DNA of 64,000 bases from Arenicellales bacterium (GCA_965220395.1 CBDCPT010000003.1:136747-200746), one strand, 5' to 3'; positions 9,672-19,748 are shown, counted from the stretch's first letter. Made by a program: numbers and translations. Notes: generated from the letters alone by a model not told the origin.

Positions 9672-10319
9672 ATGACTCAAATATTTACTGATCGCCCCAA
9701 GTCACTTGCTGATGATATGTGCAGACAAAATCGTATTGAATTGTTATCGGAACCACATATAAAACCTCTCATCAAATTTGTTCAAGAAATACGAACGAAC
9801 AAAGGTCCAAACTACTCTATTCCATTTTTTGACCCGTTGGACGGAGGAGTACGAAGCAAAATCTTGTTCGTTCTTTTAGCACCGGGGCCACAAGCAGTAA
9901 AAAGTGGCTTCATTTCTCGCAACAATCCTGATTTGTCCGCAAAGAATATGTTTGAACTTCTTGCAGAATCTGGGTTTAGCAGGTATGAGACTGTCCTTTG
10001 GAACATAGTCCCTTGGTATATTGGGAACGAAAAGAAAATTCGCCCTCCAGTTCAATCCGAAATTGTAGAAGGTTCATTTTACCTAGAGCGCTTGATGGAT
10101 CTTTTGCCTAATCTTGAAGCTATTGTTCTAGTAGGGGAAAAAGCATGGAAAGCTGAGAAGCTGTTAAAAATTAACTCGAGAATCAGAGTCTTTAATAGTA
10201 ACCATCCCAGCCCTCTGTTTGTTAATCGTAAACCGGGAAATAAATTTCGTATTTTGACTGTGTTTCAAATGGTTAGAACATATGTTAGTAACTCAACAAC
10301 CAATTTTTCTAATCAATAA
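9672..10319 (+). CDS. Uracil-DNA glycosylase superfamily protein
   Basis: PFFDPLDGG, APGP..SGFISRNNPD, WNIVPW, HPSP motifs. Confidence 0.8.
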   Translation: MTQIFTDRPKSLADDMCRQNRIELLSEPHIKPLIKFVQEIRTNKGPNYSIPFFDPLDGGVRSKILFVLLAPGPQAVKSGFISRNNPDLSAKNMFELLAESGFSRYETVLWNIVPWYIGNEKKIRPPVQSEIVEGSFYLERLMDLLPNLEAIVLVGEKAWKAEKLLKINSRIRVFNSNHPSPLFVNRKPGNKFRILTVFQMVRTYVSNSTTNFSNQ

Positions 10320-10539
10320 CCCCTTGCACCAATTCCATTTGAAGTTTTCGAATGATTTACAGACATATTTCGAAAGTGCAAACTTGCTATAAACGAAAAC
10401 CTATCAAATAGTCCAATTATTCACGACGAGGTTCTCGGCACCGCATTAATTGGGTTTCTTCCGAGACTTCCGTCGCTAATAACATATATGGACTCCTATA
10501 CCATTTATAGGAGTAAATTTGAAAGTCTTCGCTTTGACC

Positions 10540-10689
10540 CAGCACTCTGCCCGAAGCGTAGCGTAGGTCTTTGGCTACCACCACCCAGCCGATTCGCGCC
10601 ATCTTGTTGGCAATCGCGGCGTTTCGCAACTTCCAGCGCCCAACGGCTGAAAGGATCTTTTTTATCCTTCGCAATCTGGGCCACACCAT
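10540..10689 (-). pseudogene. IS110-family transposase C-terminal remnant
   Basis: AIANKMARIGWVVV matches the ALANKxARIAWA motif. Confidence 0.6.
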
Positions 10690-10800
10690 CTATGCCAGCT
10701 GCCTTACGAAAGTATCGAAGGTTGACACGAGAGTATTGCGTGTGAAGCTGTTTAATTCAACTGCTGTTCGGTACTTATTTTTACCTCAATTTTCAATATC

Positions 10801-12195
10801 TTAAGTCGGCAGACTACTTACAAATTTAATTTTTTTGGGAATCTTGTACGACGCGAGCTTACTACGAAGTTCAGTGCTCAATTCGCTAGAGGTTCGGTTC
10901 AGGTCATCAGCTATCACATAGGCAGTCACCGCTTGACCCCATTTCGGGTCGTCTTCCCCACGAACTTTTGCTTCAGTTATCCCGGGCAATGAGGTAATCG
11001 CTGCCTCAATTTCAGCGGGATAAACGTGGTACGAGCCAGTATTGATCATTCCGTCCAGGCGACCTTGAAGGAATAAATATCCGTTATCATTGGTGGTAAC
11101 GAGGTCGCCCAGTCCGCACCAACCATCTGGGTCTGCGTACTCCTTAACAACGGGCCGGCCTCGGACACGAAACTCTCCATTCGGTGAACCGGCGACCTCG
11201 CGGATGTTAGTCTCGATTTCCGGAATCGGTTTTCCGCAACTTCGTGCGAGTTCCACATCACCTTCGGCGATTGCGGTGTGGTCATCAGCGCCCAGCACAG
11301 TTATAGGCCATCCCCCTTCCAATCTTCCGTAGAGCTGAATCAGAACGGGGCCAAGTCGCTTGATGGATGTGACCATTTCCTCTAGCATGAAGGGAGCTCC
11401 GCCATACAAAATGCGGCGGACTGGTAGCGTGATATCATCTTCAAGAGCCTCAACTAGACGCGTAATCATCCCTGGGACGAAGAACGAAGTGCTTCCGTTG
11501 AATCGCTGTGCCGCTTTGATGAAGTCCGTCGCCGTGAACTTTGGCAGAATCACTTGGCTTAGACCAGCTACTAGAAAGGGAAAACTCATGACCATACCTG
11601 TTGCGTGCATGAGCTGTTGGGCGGTGATTGCGACGTCATCTTTGGCAAGAGGAGGGCCATACCATCCCTTTCGGTATAGCCCGAGGTTTATGTCGATCTG
11701 TGCGTGCCAATTAGAATAGGAGATAGGCACGGCGAGCAATTGCCCGTCAACAACCATGCGTGGATACAACAGGTGGGGTTTGTCAGGATCCACGCGAAAC
11801 TCATCAACGAGCGAGGATCCGGAAAGAGGTTCCTCTTCATCGTGAACCATGGACTCCACTAGTCCTGCGTGAGCAAGATCGGTGATCAGCACATGCGCCT
11901 TGACAGCTGCCATGACAATTCTTACTTCTTCCGGCGGTGCAGATGGATCCACTGCGACCCGAGTACCACCGATGCGTTCAACTGCTAAATGCGCTTCGAA
12001 GGTGGAGGGTGAATTCCACATCCACAACCCGACTCGCTGCTCAGCAGCGCCAACCGCAACAAGGGCGCTAGCTACTTTCTCAATTCGAGCTAATAGCTCC
12101 AAACCCGTTCGGGTTATACCGTCGAGAGTCTGAAGTAGGGTACGGTCACCAGCATCAATTAGAGATTTCCTGGTTGTTTTTCCAGCAACTATCAT
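10801..12195 (-). CDS. AMP-binding (ANL) family protein with degenerate motifs
   Basis: YGGAP, QLYG, GD..GYLFLQGRLDGMINTG are present. The P-loop is replaced by YPRMVVDGQLL and the C-terminus ends before the A10 lysine. Confidence 0.8.
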   Translation of the reverse strand: MIVAGKTTRKSLIDAGDRTLLQTLDGITRTGLELLARIEKVASALVAVGAAEQRVGLWMWNSPSTFEAHLAVERIGGTRVAVDPSAPPEEVRIVMAAVKAHVLITDLAHAGLVESMVHDEEEPLSGSSLVDEFRVDPDKPHLLYPRMVVDGQLLAVPISYSNWHAQIDINLGLYRKGWYGPPLAKDDVAITAQQLMHATGMVMSFPFLVAGLSQVILPKFTATDFIKAAQRFNGSTSFFVPGMITRLVEALEDDITLPVRRILYGGAPFMLEEMVTSIKRLGPVLIQLYGRLEGGWPITVLGADDHTAIAEGDVELARSCGKPIPEIETNIREVAGSPNGEFRVRGRPVVKEYADPDGWCGLGDLVTTNDNGYLFLQGRLDGMINTGSYHVYPAEIEAAITSLPGITEAKVRGEDDPKWGQAVTAYVIADDLNRTSSELSTELRSKLASYKIPKKIKFVSSLPT

Positions 12196-12211
12196 TCGCC
12201 ACCTGTAATTA

Positions 12212-13783
12212 TCATTCGGCGGACAGTTGGTCACGCAAGGCTGCTCTTTGGACCTTCGCGCCACCAAGTACTGTGGGCAGCTCTTCTACGAACACGATCC
12301 TCGAAAGTTGTTCGTGGTTCGCAAGATCACTGTTCGCTTCAGTGGTAATCTCTGCATTTAGATCGTCGGACGGTTCGACTCCTTGTTTCAGAAGCACGGC
12401 TCCTACGACTTCTTGCGCTCCCTCCTCGCCCAGTCCTACGACGCCGCAATTTGCTACCGAGCGGTGCCGCATAATGCCAGTTTCTACGAGATGAGGATAG
12501 ACGACACCACCTTCGGCTATGATTCGGTCTCCGGCTCGGTCTGCATAATAGAGAAAACCATCCGAGTCGATATAGCCAACATCGTACGGGCGGAACCAGT
12601 CATTCGGGAAAAACGCGTCCCTTGATTTTTCTGGAAGACCCCAGTACTCCCCCATCGACATGGCGCTGCGTTTTGCAATTTCTCCCACCTCCCCGGGTGG
12701 CAGGCGATTTCCGGAATCGTCCATTATGGCGACTTCAAGAAAGGGCGACCCTGGTCGACCAACACTATCTAGGCGCTTTGGATGCCCCTCAACCTCCGTT
12801 GCCAGTAGGCGCGTTGTAACAGCCCCTTGTTCAGTCGAACCAAAGCCATGAGTCCAGATAGGACCAAGAAGCTTGGTCGTTCTTTCCAATAGTTCCTTGG
12901 CACCGAAGAACACGACCATTCGGAGCAGCGAATGGTCGTATTGGCTTCGAGCCTCCACAGCATCTAAGACTGGAGTAAGCATAGGTCCGGGCATGAAGGT
13001 ACCAGTTGCGCCTTCATTTGTGAAAGTGTCGATTAAAACTTCCGGATCGAACTCTACGTCGTCGACCAGCACGGACCGGGCTCCGCGTACGAAATACGGA
13101 TAAAGCGTTTGAAAACCAGATGCCCATTGAAGAGCATGAAAATGAACGTTAACGTCTTCTGGTCCAATCGGAGGTATAGTTGGTCCAAACGTGTCGAAAT
13201 GGTGGAGATTGTGATTAATAACCGCCTGCCATGACCGATAAGTCTTGATCCAGGCCTTCGGCTGCCCTGTAGTTCCTGATGTGAGTTGAAGAAAGCACGG
13301 GGCATCCTCTGAGACGTCGAGTAGCGGTTCTTCAGCTGAACCATTTTCAGCTACCTCATCGAAAGGAACAGCCCATGGCGGAGGGTTGGGGCCAATTGCG
13401 ACGAAGTGCTTAGTTGTATGTAGGTCCTTACGCGCAGCATCGACCTTGTCGGCAAACCGGGTATCGAAAACTATAGCCTTCGCTTCAACTTGATTCAGGG
13501 AAAACGAATGAGCGTCCATGTCAAAATGGCTGTGCAGCACCATCCGCACAAGATTGTGCTTTTCGAAACCGAACCACAACTGCACCACTTCGGGGGTGTT
13601 GTAGGCTAGCACACCGACACGGTCGCCTTTTTCGAGCCCCATCGCGCGGAACCCGGATCCGACTCGATTGGCGCTCTCATTTACTTGCGCGAAGGAATAT
13701 TCGCCGCCGCTCCATGAAACAGCGGTACGTTCAGTGAACCGCTCTGCGGCATATCTCACCAGATATCCAGCTTCGACCTTCAT
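12212..13783 (-). CDS. AMP-dependent synthetase / acyl-CoA ligase
   Basis: RBS AAGGAG + ATG at 13783; LTSGTTGQPK, GFGSTE, YDVGYID, C-terminal GAKV. Confidence 0.88.
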   Translation of the reverse strand: MKVEAGYLVRYAAERFTERTAVSWSGGEYSFAQVNESANRVGSGFRAMGLEKGDRVGVLAYNTPEVVQLWFGFEKHNLVRMVLHSHFDMDAHSFSLNQVEAKAIVFDTRFADKVDAARKDLHTTKHFVAIGPNPPPWAVPFDEVAENGSAEEPLLDVSEDAPCFLQLTSGTTGQPKAWIKTYRSWQAVINHNLHHFDTFGPTIPPIGPEDVNVHFHALQWASGFQTLYPYFVRGARSVLVDDVEFDPEVLIDTFTNEGATGTFMPGPMLTPVLDAVEARSQYDHSLLRMVVFFGAKELLERTTKLLGPIWTHGFGSTEQGAVTTRLLATEVEGHPKRLDSVGRPGSPFLEVAIMDDSGNRLPPGEVGEIAKRSAMSMGEYWGLPEKSRDAFFPNDWFRPYDVGYIDSDGFLYYADRAGDRIIAEGGVVYPHLVETGIMRHRSVANCGVVGLGEEGAQEVVGAVLLKQGVEPSDDLNAEITTEANSDLANHEQLSRIVFVEELPTVLGGAKVQRAALRDQLSAE

Positions 13784-14122
13784 AGCACACTCCTTACTTA
13801 TAAAAAGTAATAACAAAAATATTTTTAACCGTTAGGCATACTCTATAGATGTGTACCGCATAAATCAAGGTCAAAATATTGGCTCATTACTAATCAGAGT
13901 GAGTAATCATCAAGAATTTGTCCTTAATCTATCAAATTAATGCCCCCGTTCGAATTCTACAATCAATACTACAATCTACTTGCACTCGCTGCTTGATTTT
14001 GTCTCATATCTATTGAACCCGTTCACCCGCTTGTCAGCCAACCGGTTTTGAGCCATATCAAATTCGGTCATGAATATCACTTGGCGCGTCCCAGAAAAAG
14101 GTTCCTCACTCCGAACACTTCC

Positions 14123-14649
14123 ATGATTGTCATCGTTAGTGGCCCAATCAACGCAGGGAAGAGCACCGTTGCACGACACTGTCACGGTTGGTGCCGGATA
14201 GCCTATACATCGATGGAGACAATCTTGCGCCCATTGATCTGCCGAACGTGCAAAAGTGGGCAACAGCCATCGAATTGATCAGCCAGGCAACGCTGAGTAT
14301 TGCGCAAGCGGGCTTGCATTTATTCGTGTCCTATCCCATCGACGCCGCAAGCTGGGAACAAATCAAATCACCACTTCGAACTGCCGGATACGATGTCCGC
14401 TGCGTAGTTTTGGCGCCGCCCCTTGAAGTTGCCCTGTCCGAACGCAGTGGAAGGCAGCTAAGCGATTGGGAGCGCGCAAGGATTTCAGTGATGTACGACG
14501 AGGGTTACGACAATCCGTCGTTTTCGCCAACCTCGTCATCGACAACAGCGGTGAAAGCGCCAACGAGACAGCGCAGCGCATTTGCGATCACCTGCAATTG
14601 GACGGGTGCGGACCCAACTAATGTTCGAACCAGAATTCGTAGCATGTAG
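14123..14649 (+). pseudogene. Frameshifted P-loop kinase (AAA_18/33-like)
   Basis: MIVIVSGPINAGKSTVA in one frame, continuing as SLYIDGD...LAPPLEVAL in another frame. Confidence 0.7.
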
Positions 14650-14840
14650 CCCGATACGGTGAGAAAAACTGCGGGCAGGAAATTGAGGAGCGGCACTGTC
14701 ATTGCTGTAAGAGTAGTTTTGTACTCTATGCGCAAAGGTGGCTAGAATTCGTAGAGGCGCTTGAATCTTGCTGCTGTCACTTTTGTGCTCTCCCAAAATT
14801 TTCAATATGATGAGGATTTTTCCGACAAAGAGAAAGTCAA

Positions 14841-14892
14841 TTTGAAAAGGCAGTTCAGACAAGGTTCGAATTCTTTCCTTCCGTGCCCACCA
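14841..14892 (+). repeat. tRNA-3'-derived att-like repeat R1
   Basis: tttgaaaaggcagttcagac-aaggttcga-attct-ttccttccgtgcccacca. Confidence 0.85.
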
Positions 14893-15102
14893 TGTTCGGG
14901 TTTCAATTACAGTGAATCAATGCTCAGCATGTGTCCATTAGCCACTGAGTACATATTTCTAGAGATTTGTAATCAGTCTCTAAAATTGAGATTTGGCCAA
15001 GGTATTTTCGGCGTTCTAGAACGTAGAACTTGTCTAATTCGTAACCTATTGGTATAAAATTACAACATTACATCTTTCCAACAATATTCGTGCAGAACCA
15101 TC

Positions 15103-15396
15103 ATGAATCTAGTCACAGTCAAACCGAAGTTTCAGGTCACCATTCCGGCCAAGTTGCGCAAGGGCATCAATCTTCAGGAGGGTGACATCATGGAAGCAAT
15201 CCGCGTCGACGACGGGATTCTGTTCAGGGTCAAACAGGTGGTAGACCGGAACGTAATTGCTGACAGAATTGCTTCGACGCTTGCAGATGTGCATGTGCCG
15301 CCCGAGGATATAGGGCGCTCCGAGGACGAAGTCATAGAAGACACGATCGCGGAAATATCCGCATCACGCCGTGAGCGACGCGACAATGAATTATGA
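15103..15396 (+). CDS. AbrB/MazE/SpoVT-family antitoxin
   Basis: KFQVTIPAKLR..LQEGD; overlaps the downstream PIN gene (ATGA). Confidence 0.85.
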   Translation: MNLVTVKPKFQVTIPAKLRKGINLQEGDIMEAIRVDDGILFRVKQVVDRNVIADRIASTLADVHVPPEDIGRSEDEVIEDTIAEISASRRERRDNEL

Positions 15397-15785
15397 ATGT
15401 AGTATTGGACTGCAATGTCTTAATTTCAGCGGGACAAACGGACGGCACCTGCCGCGAAGTAATCGACAGAGTTGTACGACACCATCAAATCATACTGTCT
15501 GCCCCGATTCTGTCTGAATATATAGCCGTGGCTGGACGGCCCAGACTGACACCTTACTTCAGCACCTTGAAATCGTTAATTCGGGAGATCGAGCAATTGG
15601 CTGTCATTGTCGAGCCAGCGAATTTCGAGTTCGGTCTACGGGACTCTGACGATGAGGTTTATTTGGCGACGGCAACGGCTGGCGGTGCCATTCTGATTAC
15701 TGGTAATATGCGGGACTTTACGGAACCGCGATACGGGTCGGTTGATGTCTGGTCGCCGCGAAATTTTCTCAATCAGACAGCGTGA
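15393..15785 (+). CDS. PIN-domain toxin (TIGR00305-like)
   Basis: VVLDCNVLIS, RDSDD..LATA, LITGNMRDF. Confidence 0.85.
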   Translation: MNVVLDCNVLISAGQTDGTCREVIDRVVRHHQIILSAPILSEYIAVAGRPRLTPYFSTLKSLIREIEQLAVIVEPANFEFGLRDSDDEVYLATATAGGAILITGNMRDFTEPRYGSVDVWSPRNFLNQTA

Positions 15786-16212
15786 TTGTCTGATGTCGGT
15801 CACGATTGTGCCGCTTTCTTTCCGTGTTTCACAGCGACAGCATCAATCAAAGTAAAACGACTTTCAGAAAGCAGGCGTCGTCCAATAAAAGATTCTCGAT
15901 GTTTTTTCGCGGTAACCCACTCTAACTGGGGAAGAACCAATTTATCTTCCGTCCTTGAAAAGTCTGCGGAGTAAGTGCGCCGTACTGGGTTACAGATTTG
16001 AATGTGGATCGTTAGTCGACAAGAAAGAAATTGTTAAATGGATAGAGGACTGCATTCGAATTCGTTGGCGTGAAACTGAGCAAAGTTCAATAGACGATTG
16101 TGAGATAGTATCTGATTCAATATCTTTATCCGTTGCTAAATTTGGGTCACAATCCTCGGAAATTCGAGCCGCCACACTTCCGTATTGGAAGTATTCAAAC
16201 CACTCTTTGTTG

Positions 16213-16635
16213 ATGTTTTTGCTTGACACCAACGTTGTCTCCGAGTTGCGCAAGGTTGGAGGTGGTAGAACTGATGCCAGCGTAGTTGCATGGAATTCCA
16301 ACCAGGTCAGTGGGAGATTCTACATATCCGTATCGACCCTTATGGAATTGGAGATAGGCATACTGCGTTTAGAACGACGCGACGTGGAGTAGGGGGCGAG
16401 ATTACGACAAGGGATGGACCGGCACATAATGCCCGAGTTCATGGAACGCACATTGCCGATCGATACCGCTGTCGCACTCAGATGCGCTCGGTTACATGTA
16501 CTGGACCCGCGGGTTGAACGTGATGCGCTGATTGCAGCAACAGCTATCGTGCACGGTATGACAGTTGTCACCGGAAACGAAACCGATTTAAATACAACAG
16601 GCACAGCGGTGTTCAATCCTTGGGCCGCAACGTGA
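16213..16635 (+). pseudogene. VapC PIN toxin with an in-frame TAG (16390-16392)
   Basis: MFLLDTNVVSELRK...RRDVE*GARLR...DALIAATAIVHGMTVVTGN. Confidence 0.85.
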
Positions 16636-16642
16636 GTGATGT

Positions 16643-16674
16643 TTCGTATCGAACTATTCGTATCGAACTATTCG
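16643..16674 (+). repeat. 14-bp tandem repeat ttcgtatcgaacta x2 plus partial copy, just upstream of R2
   Basis: Direct reading of the sequence. Confidence 0.8.
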
Positions 16675-16685
16675 GATCAATGTGA

Positions 16686-16737
16686 TTCGAAAATGTAGTT
16701 CCGCCATGGTTCGACTACAGTCCTTCCGTGCCCACCA
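16686..16737 (+). repeat. tRNA-3'-derived att-like repeat R2
   Basis: ttcgaaaatgtagttccgcc-atggttcga-ctaca-gtccttccgtgcccacca. Confidence 0.85.
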
Positions 16738-16758
16738 CTAAAAGCAATTGTGTTCAAT

Positions 16759-16905
16759 TGCCTGAGTCAGCCACAGTACGTTTCGATTGACTATTGAATC
16801 GCTTGCGAAAGATTGTCTACCTTGATCTGGTTTGCTGTCTTCATCGCCTGCGCCAAATCGTAAGTGGTTTGAAGCCGCTACCAAGTATCAGCGCCACCTC
16901 CGAAC
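16759..16905 (-). pseudogene. 3' fragment of HigA antitoxin, a diverged duplicate of 20668-20815
   Basis: About 145 bp with high similarity, from tgcctgagtcagccaca to gtatcagcgccacc. Confidence 0.85.
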
Positions 16906-17030
16906 GTCGATACTTCAAGGCATTGCGATCCTTCTCAAAGCCCTGAAAATACATCTGTCGATGTTCGCTGAACTTCGGACACTGGCAGTACATCGTGCCG
17001 GATTCACTATACAGAAAATTGTCCACGCAC
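16906..17030 (-). pseudogene. Transposase fragment (IS1182/IS5-like)
   Basis: YSESGTMYCQCP..MYFQGFEKDRNALKYR resembles a recalled DDE transposase segment. Confidence 0.5.
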
Positions 17031-17260
17031 TTGCCGCCAATGAGCTTGCTTTTTCCTATTTAAATGAGTGTTCATTATGTTGAAATCGGTGTCGACTCAC
17101 TACTGTTTATGAGAGCTTTCAGACATCGTAGATTCATCAGGGCATATGGCCACACCAAACGATGTTCACTTTTGGTGTTTCCGAAAAATCCGAATTATCG
17201 TCAGAAACCAACAATGGTGAAGTTGTCTTTTTATTCAGATCAACTTCGGAACGAATAGTT

Positions 17261-18487
17261 TTAATCGTCAACCATTGCAAAAGCATCGATTTCAATGACC
17301 ATGGATTCGTACGCCAGAGCAGGCAATGGAACGCCGGTTGTCGCTGGCCCGGGTTCTTTGAAATAAGATGATCGAATTGGCAAGTTCTTGTGTATGTCAG
17401 TTGCACCACAGCTTCCCTGATAAACAGTCGTAATCTTGCAGACATCGTCATAGGTCGCTCCTAATTCATTCAAAATGACACCAATATGGCGCATCGCCTG
17501 GTGAGTCTGCGCGGATAGGTCGTCGGGATGTACTGCTCGTCCCTTTTTGTCCAGTGACACCTGCCCACCCAAAAAGATCATATCCTCACATTTCAAACCA
17601 TGTTTGTACGGCAGGTGTACGTGCCAGTCCCATAGGCTGTCCGGCCAGGCATGAATTCGTGGTAGTCGATCGCCATTTTCTGCCAACATTGCCACTGCGG
17701 ATATTTTAATGAGCACTTCGTCATTCGCATGTCGTGGAATAGGAATACCTGTCGCCGCTGGCCCCGGTTCGCTGAAATTTCGTGCAAATGCAAGTGCCGA
17801 TGCCTCGAACGCGTCGACTCCGGAATCGCCGGTATACCAACGATTGATTTTAACGACGTCGTCGAAGGATGCTCCAAACTGCTCCAACACACGAGCTATC
17901 CTTGAAGCAACCGCATTGGTTTGGCCCACAATATCACCTTCGCAAAGAACGAGATTATTGTGGTCAAGCGGATATTGTCCGGAAACAAATATTAATTTGT
18001 CCGAACGCAGCCCCTGAACAAAAGGGGTTGGCAATATATCTCCACGGGAATACGGGACACAAGTTCGCGTAGTGCGCTCACCGTTTTTGCGACGCATCGC
18101 ATAACCTTCAATTTCTACCATGAGTCCGCTATAGGCCAAATACGGAACGGGTACTGCATTTACTGTAGTTTGACAATCACTGGGCAGGCAGTTTGCGACC
18201 TGCTGCAGAAATTCCCTTTCGTCGATGGCCTCATTGTTCACATAGAAACAGAGCAATGTAACAAGGTCGTTAAAGTCGCAATCGAGGTCGTTCAAAACAC
18301 GATCAAAATTTAACATGACATTTCGGGTTTGAATGGAAAGATTCCCAGGATTGAGTACTTCTCCTTGTGAATTCAAATCAACCTGACCGCCAATCCAAAT
18401 CATCGATCCTGTGCGTATACCGTGTTTATGGGTTAACTTGATCGGCCAGTTCCAATGGTTTTGCGGCCAACTGTATTGTTTTTTCAT
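17261..18487 (-). CDS. Rid (YjgF/YER057c/UK114) family protein with three tandem domains
   Basis: Three repeats of (I/V)xGQ...Q(T)...L..G..DDV.K...P..T...EI; start MKKQYSWP. Confidence 0.85.
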   Translation of the reverse strand: MKKQYSWPQNHWNWPIKLTHKHGIRTGSMIWIGGQVDLNSQGEVLNPGNLSIQTRNVMLNFDRVLNDLDCDFNDLVTLLCFYVNNEAIDEREFLQQVANCLPSDCQTTVNAVPVPYLAYSGLMVEIEGYAMRRKNGERTTRTCVPYSRGDILPTPFVQGLRSDKLIFVSGQYPLDHNNLVLCEGDIVGQTNAVASRIARVLEQFGASFDDVVKINRWYTGDSGVDAFEASALAFARNFSEPGPAATGIPIPRHANDEVLIKISAVAMLAENGDRLPRIHAWPDSLWDWHVHLPYKHGLKCEDMIFLGGQVSLDKKGRAVHPDDLSAQTHQAMRHIGVILNELGATYDDVCKITTVYQGSCGATDIHKNLPIRSSYFKEPGPATTGVPLPALAYESMVIEIDAFAMVDD

Positions 18488-18714
18488 GGCAAGATGGCTT
18501 TGGTGAGAGCTTGAAATATCGTTCTGTTGCAATACATTTTAGACTTAAACTCAGAGCAAGCGACGCATTACTGTTCAGTCAGGTAATTCAATGCCGACCA
18601 CGCAGCGTCAGGCGCGTTACAAGACAGTTTGAAAGTTCGTATGACGCGTCAACACGTCGAAATCTCCGTCGCGATGCAACACCGGCACGTCGGTACGGAT
18701 CGCGATGACGGAAA

Positions 18715-18777
18715 TTCGACGTTAGGTTCGGGCCGCAATGGTTCCCAAACAATGTCGGTATCGAGTAGAAATCTCAT
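18715..18777 (-). pseudogene. VapC N-terminal stub
   Basis: MRFLLDTDIVWEPLRPEPN immediately after the Phd stop; similarity is then lost. Confidence 0.7.
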
Positions 18778-18780
18778 TGG

Positions 18781-19062
18781 CTACAATTGAATATCGCGTC
18801 CCCCAGTCTCTTCGCGCACATCTCCAAACAGTTCGTCGGGGTTGAGTTCGAGGTTAGAAACGTCAGTGTTGATCGTGAAATCCCGATACGCTGCAACAAA
18901 GCCACGCCGAATTGAGGTGAGGTGCTTGAATGCCCGGTAGCTGATCAGCATCGCCACCGGTTCACCTCGGCGGGTCAGTTCCACCTCTTTGCCGTTTTCC
19001 GCTTCACGAATAAGTGCTGGTAGGTTGCGCTGCGCCTCGGCGATAGAATGTCGGTCTGTCAT
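18781..19062 (-). CDS. Phd/YefM-family antitoxin
   Basis: SIAEAQRNLPALIREAENGKEVELTRRGEPVAML. Confidence 0.88.
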   Translation of the reverse strand: MTDRHSIAEAQRNLPALIREAENGKEVELTRRGEPVAMLISYRAFKHLTSIRRGFVAAYRDFTINTDVSNLELNPDELFGDVREETGGRDIQL

Positions 19063-19150
19063 TGGTTCATCTGCGATGTTCATCCAGATTTACATACTAC
19101 AGGAAATCGCAATGGCGTGCCACTCGGAAGTCGGGCAACAGGGTAAATGA

Positions 19151-19453
19151 TCAAATGGTAATGGGTTTTGCTTTCTCTGTGCGAACCTTTCGTTTTTCTG
19201 TATTCCGGGCATTCCACAGATCGTTGCGTTGTTGCAAATTCAGCCAGAAACTGGCCGTATTGCCAAACACTTTGGCGAGCATCAGTGCGGTGTCAACCGT
19301 AATGGCGCGGCGATTGGTGCACAGTTCGTTGACAGTATTTTGACTTACACCCATCGCATTTGCTAACTGTCCTTGAGTCAAATCCAAAGGTACGAGAAAC
19401 TCCTCGGTAATCATTTCGCCGACACTGACGGGTTGTCGTTTTGTGATATTCAT
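19151..19453 (-). CDS. higA: HigA-family antitoxin
   Basis: GEMITEEFL.PL.LTQ..LA.AMGVS...FWLNLQ. Confidence 0.88.
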   Translation of the reverse strand: MNITKRQPVSVGEMITEEFLVPLDLTQGQLANAMGVSQNTVNELCTNRRAITVDTALMLAKVFGNTASFWLNLQQRNDLWNARNTEKRKVRTEKAKPITI

Positions 19454-19461
19454 AGTTTGTC

Positions 19462-19690
19462 TCACCGGTAAACGTAGTTATTCAGATAGTTGTCTTGAGC
19501 CTCACCATGCTCATCAGACCACGTAAACACCAGCTGCCATTGCTTGTTCACGCGGATAAAGTGTTTACCCTCCAACTTGCCTTTCAATTTTTCAAATTGG
19601 TTACTCGGCGGCGAACGCAGGTCTTGGTCACAGGTCGCATCATCGATTAACCGTAGCTTTCGGAAGAGTCGCTTCTTTTTATTTGCTGAA
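19462..19690 (-). pseudogene. HigB toxin, 5' truncated next to repeat R3
   Basis: RLFRKLRLIDDATCDQDLRSPPSNQFEKLKG..IRVNKQWQLVFTW; no N-terminus. Confidence 0.8.
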
Positions 19691-19697
19691 ATTCAGA

Positions 19698-19748
19698 TTC
19701 GAAGTGTATGTTCGTTATGGTTCGAATTGATTCCTTCCGGGCCCACCA
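19698..19748 (+). repeat. tRNA-3'-derived att-like repeat R3
   Basis: ttcgaagtgtatgttcgtt-atggttcga-attga-ttccttccgggcccacca. Confidence 0.85.

Noticed and set aside
13948-13976. Possible seventh att-like site (gttcgaattct...caatactacaa, resembling the R1 insert and R3 flank)
   Set aside because: Lacks the 18-nt tRNA core; too short to support.
15955-16212. N-terminal extension of VapC
   Set aside because: The PIN motif starts at ATG 16213; the upstream part has no recognisable similarity.
16390-16392. Programmed stop read-through or recoding in VapC and other genes with in-frame stops
   Set aside because: The stops are of mixed types and accompany other lesions; decay is the simpler explanation.
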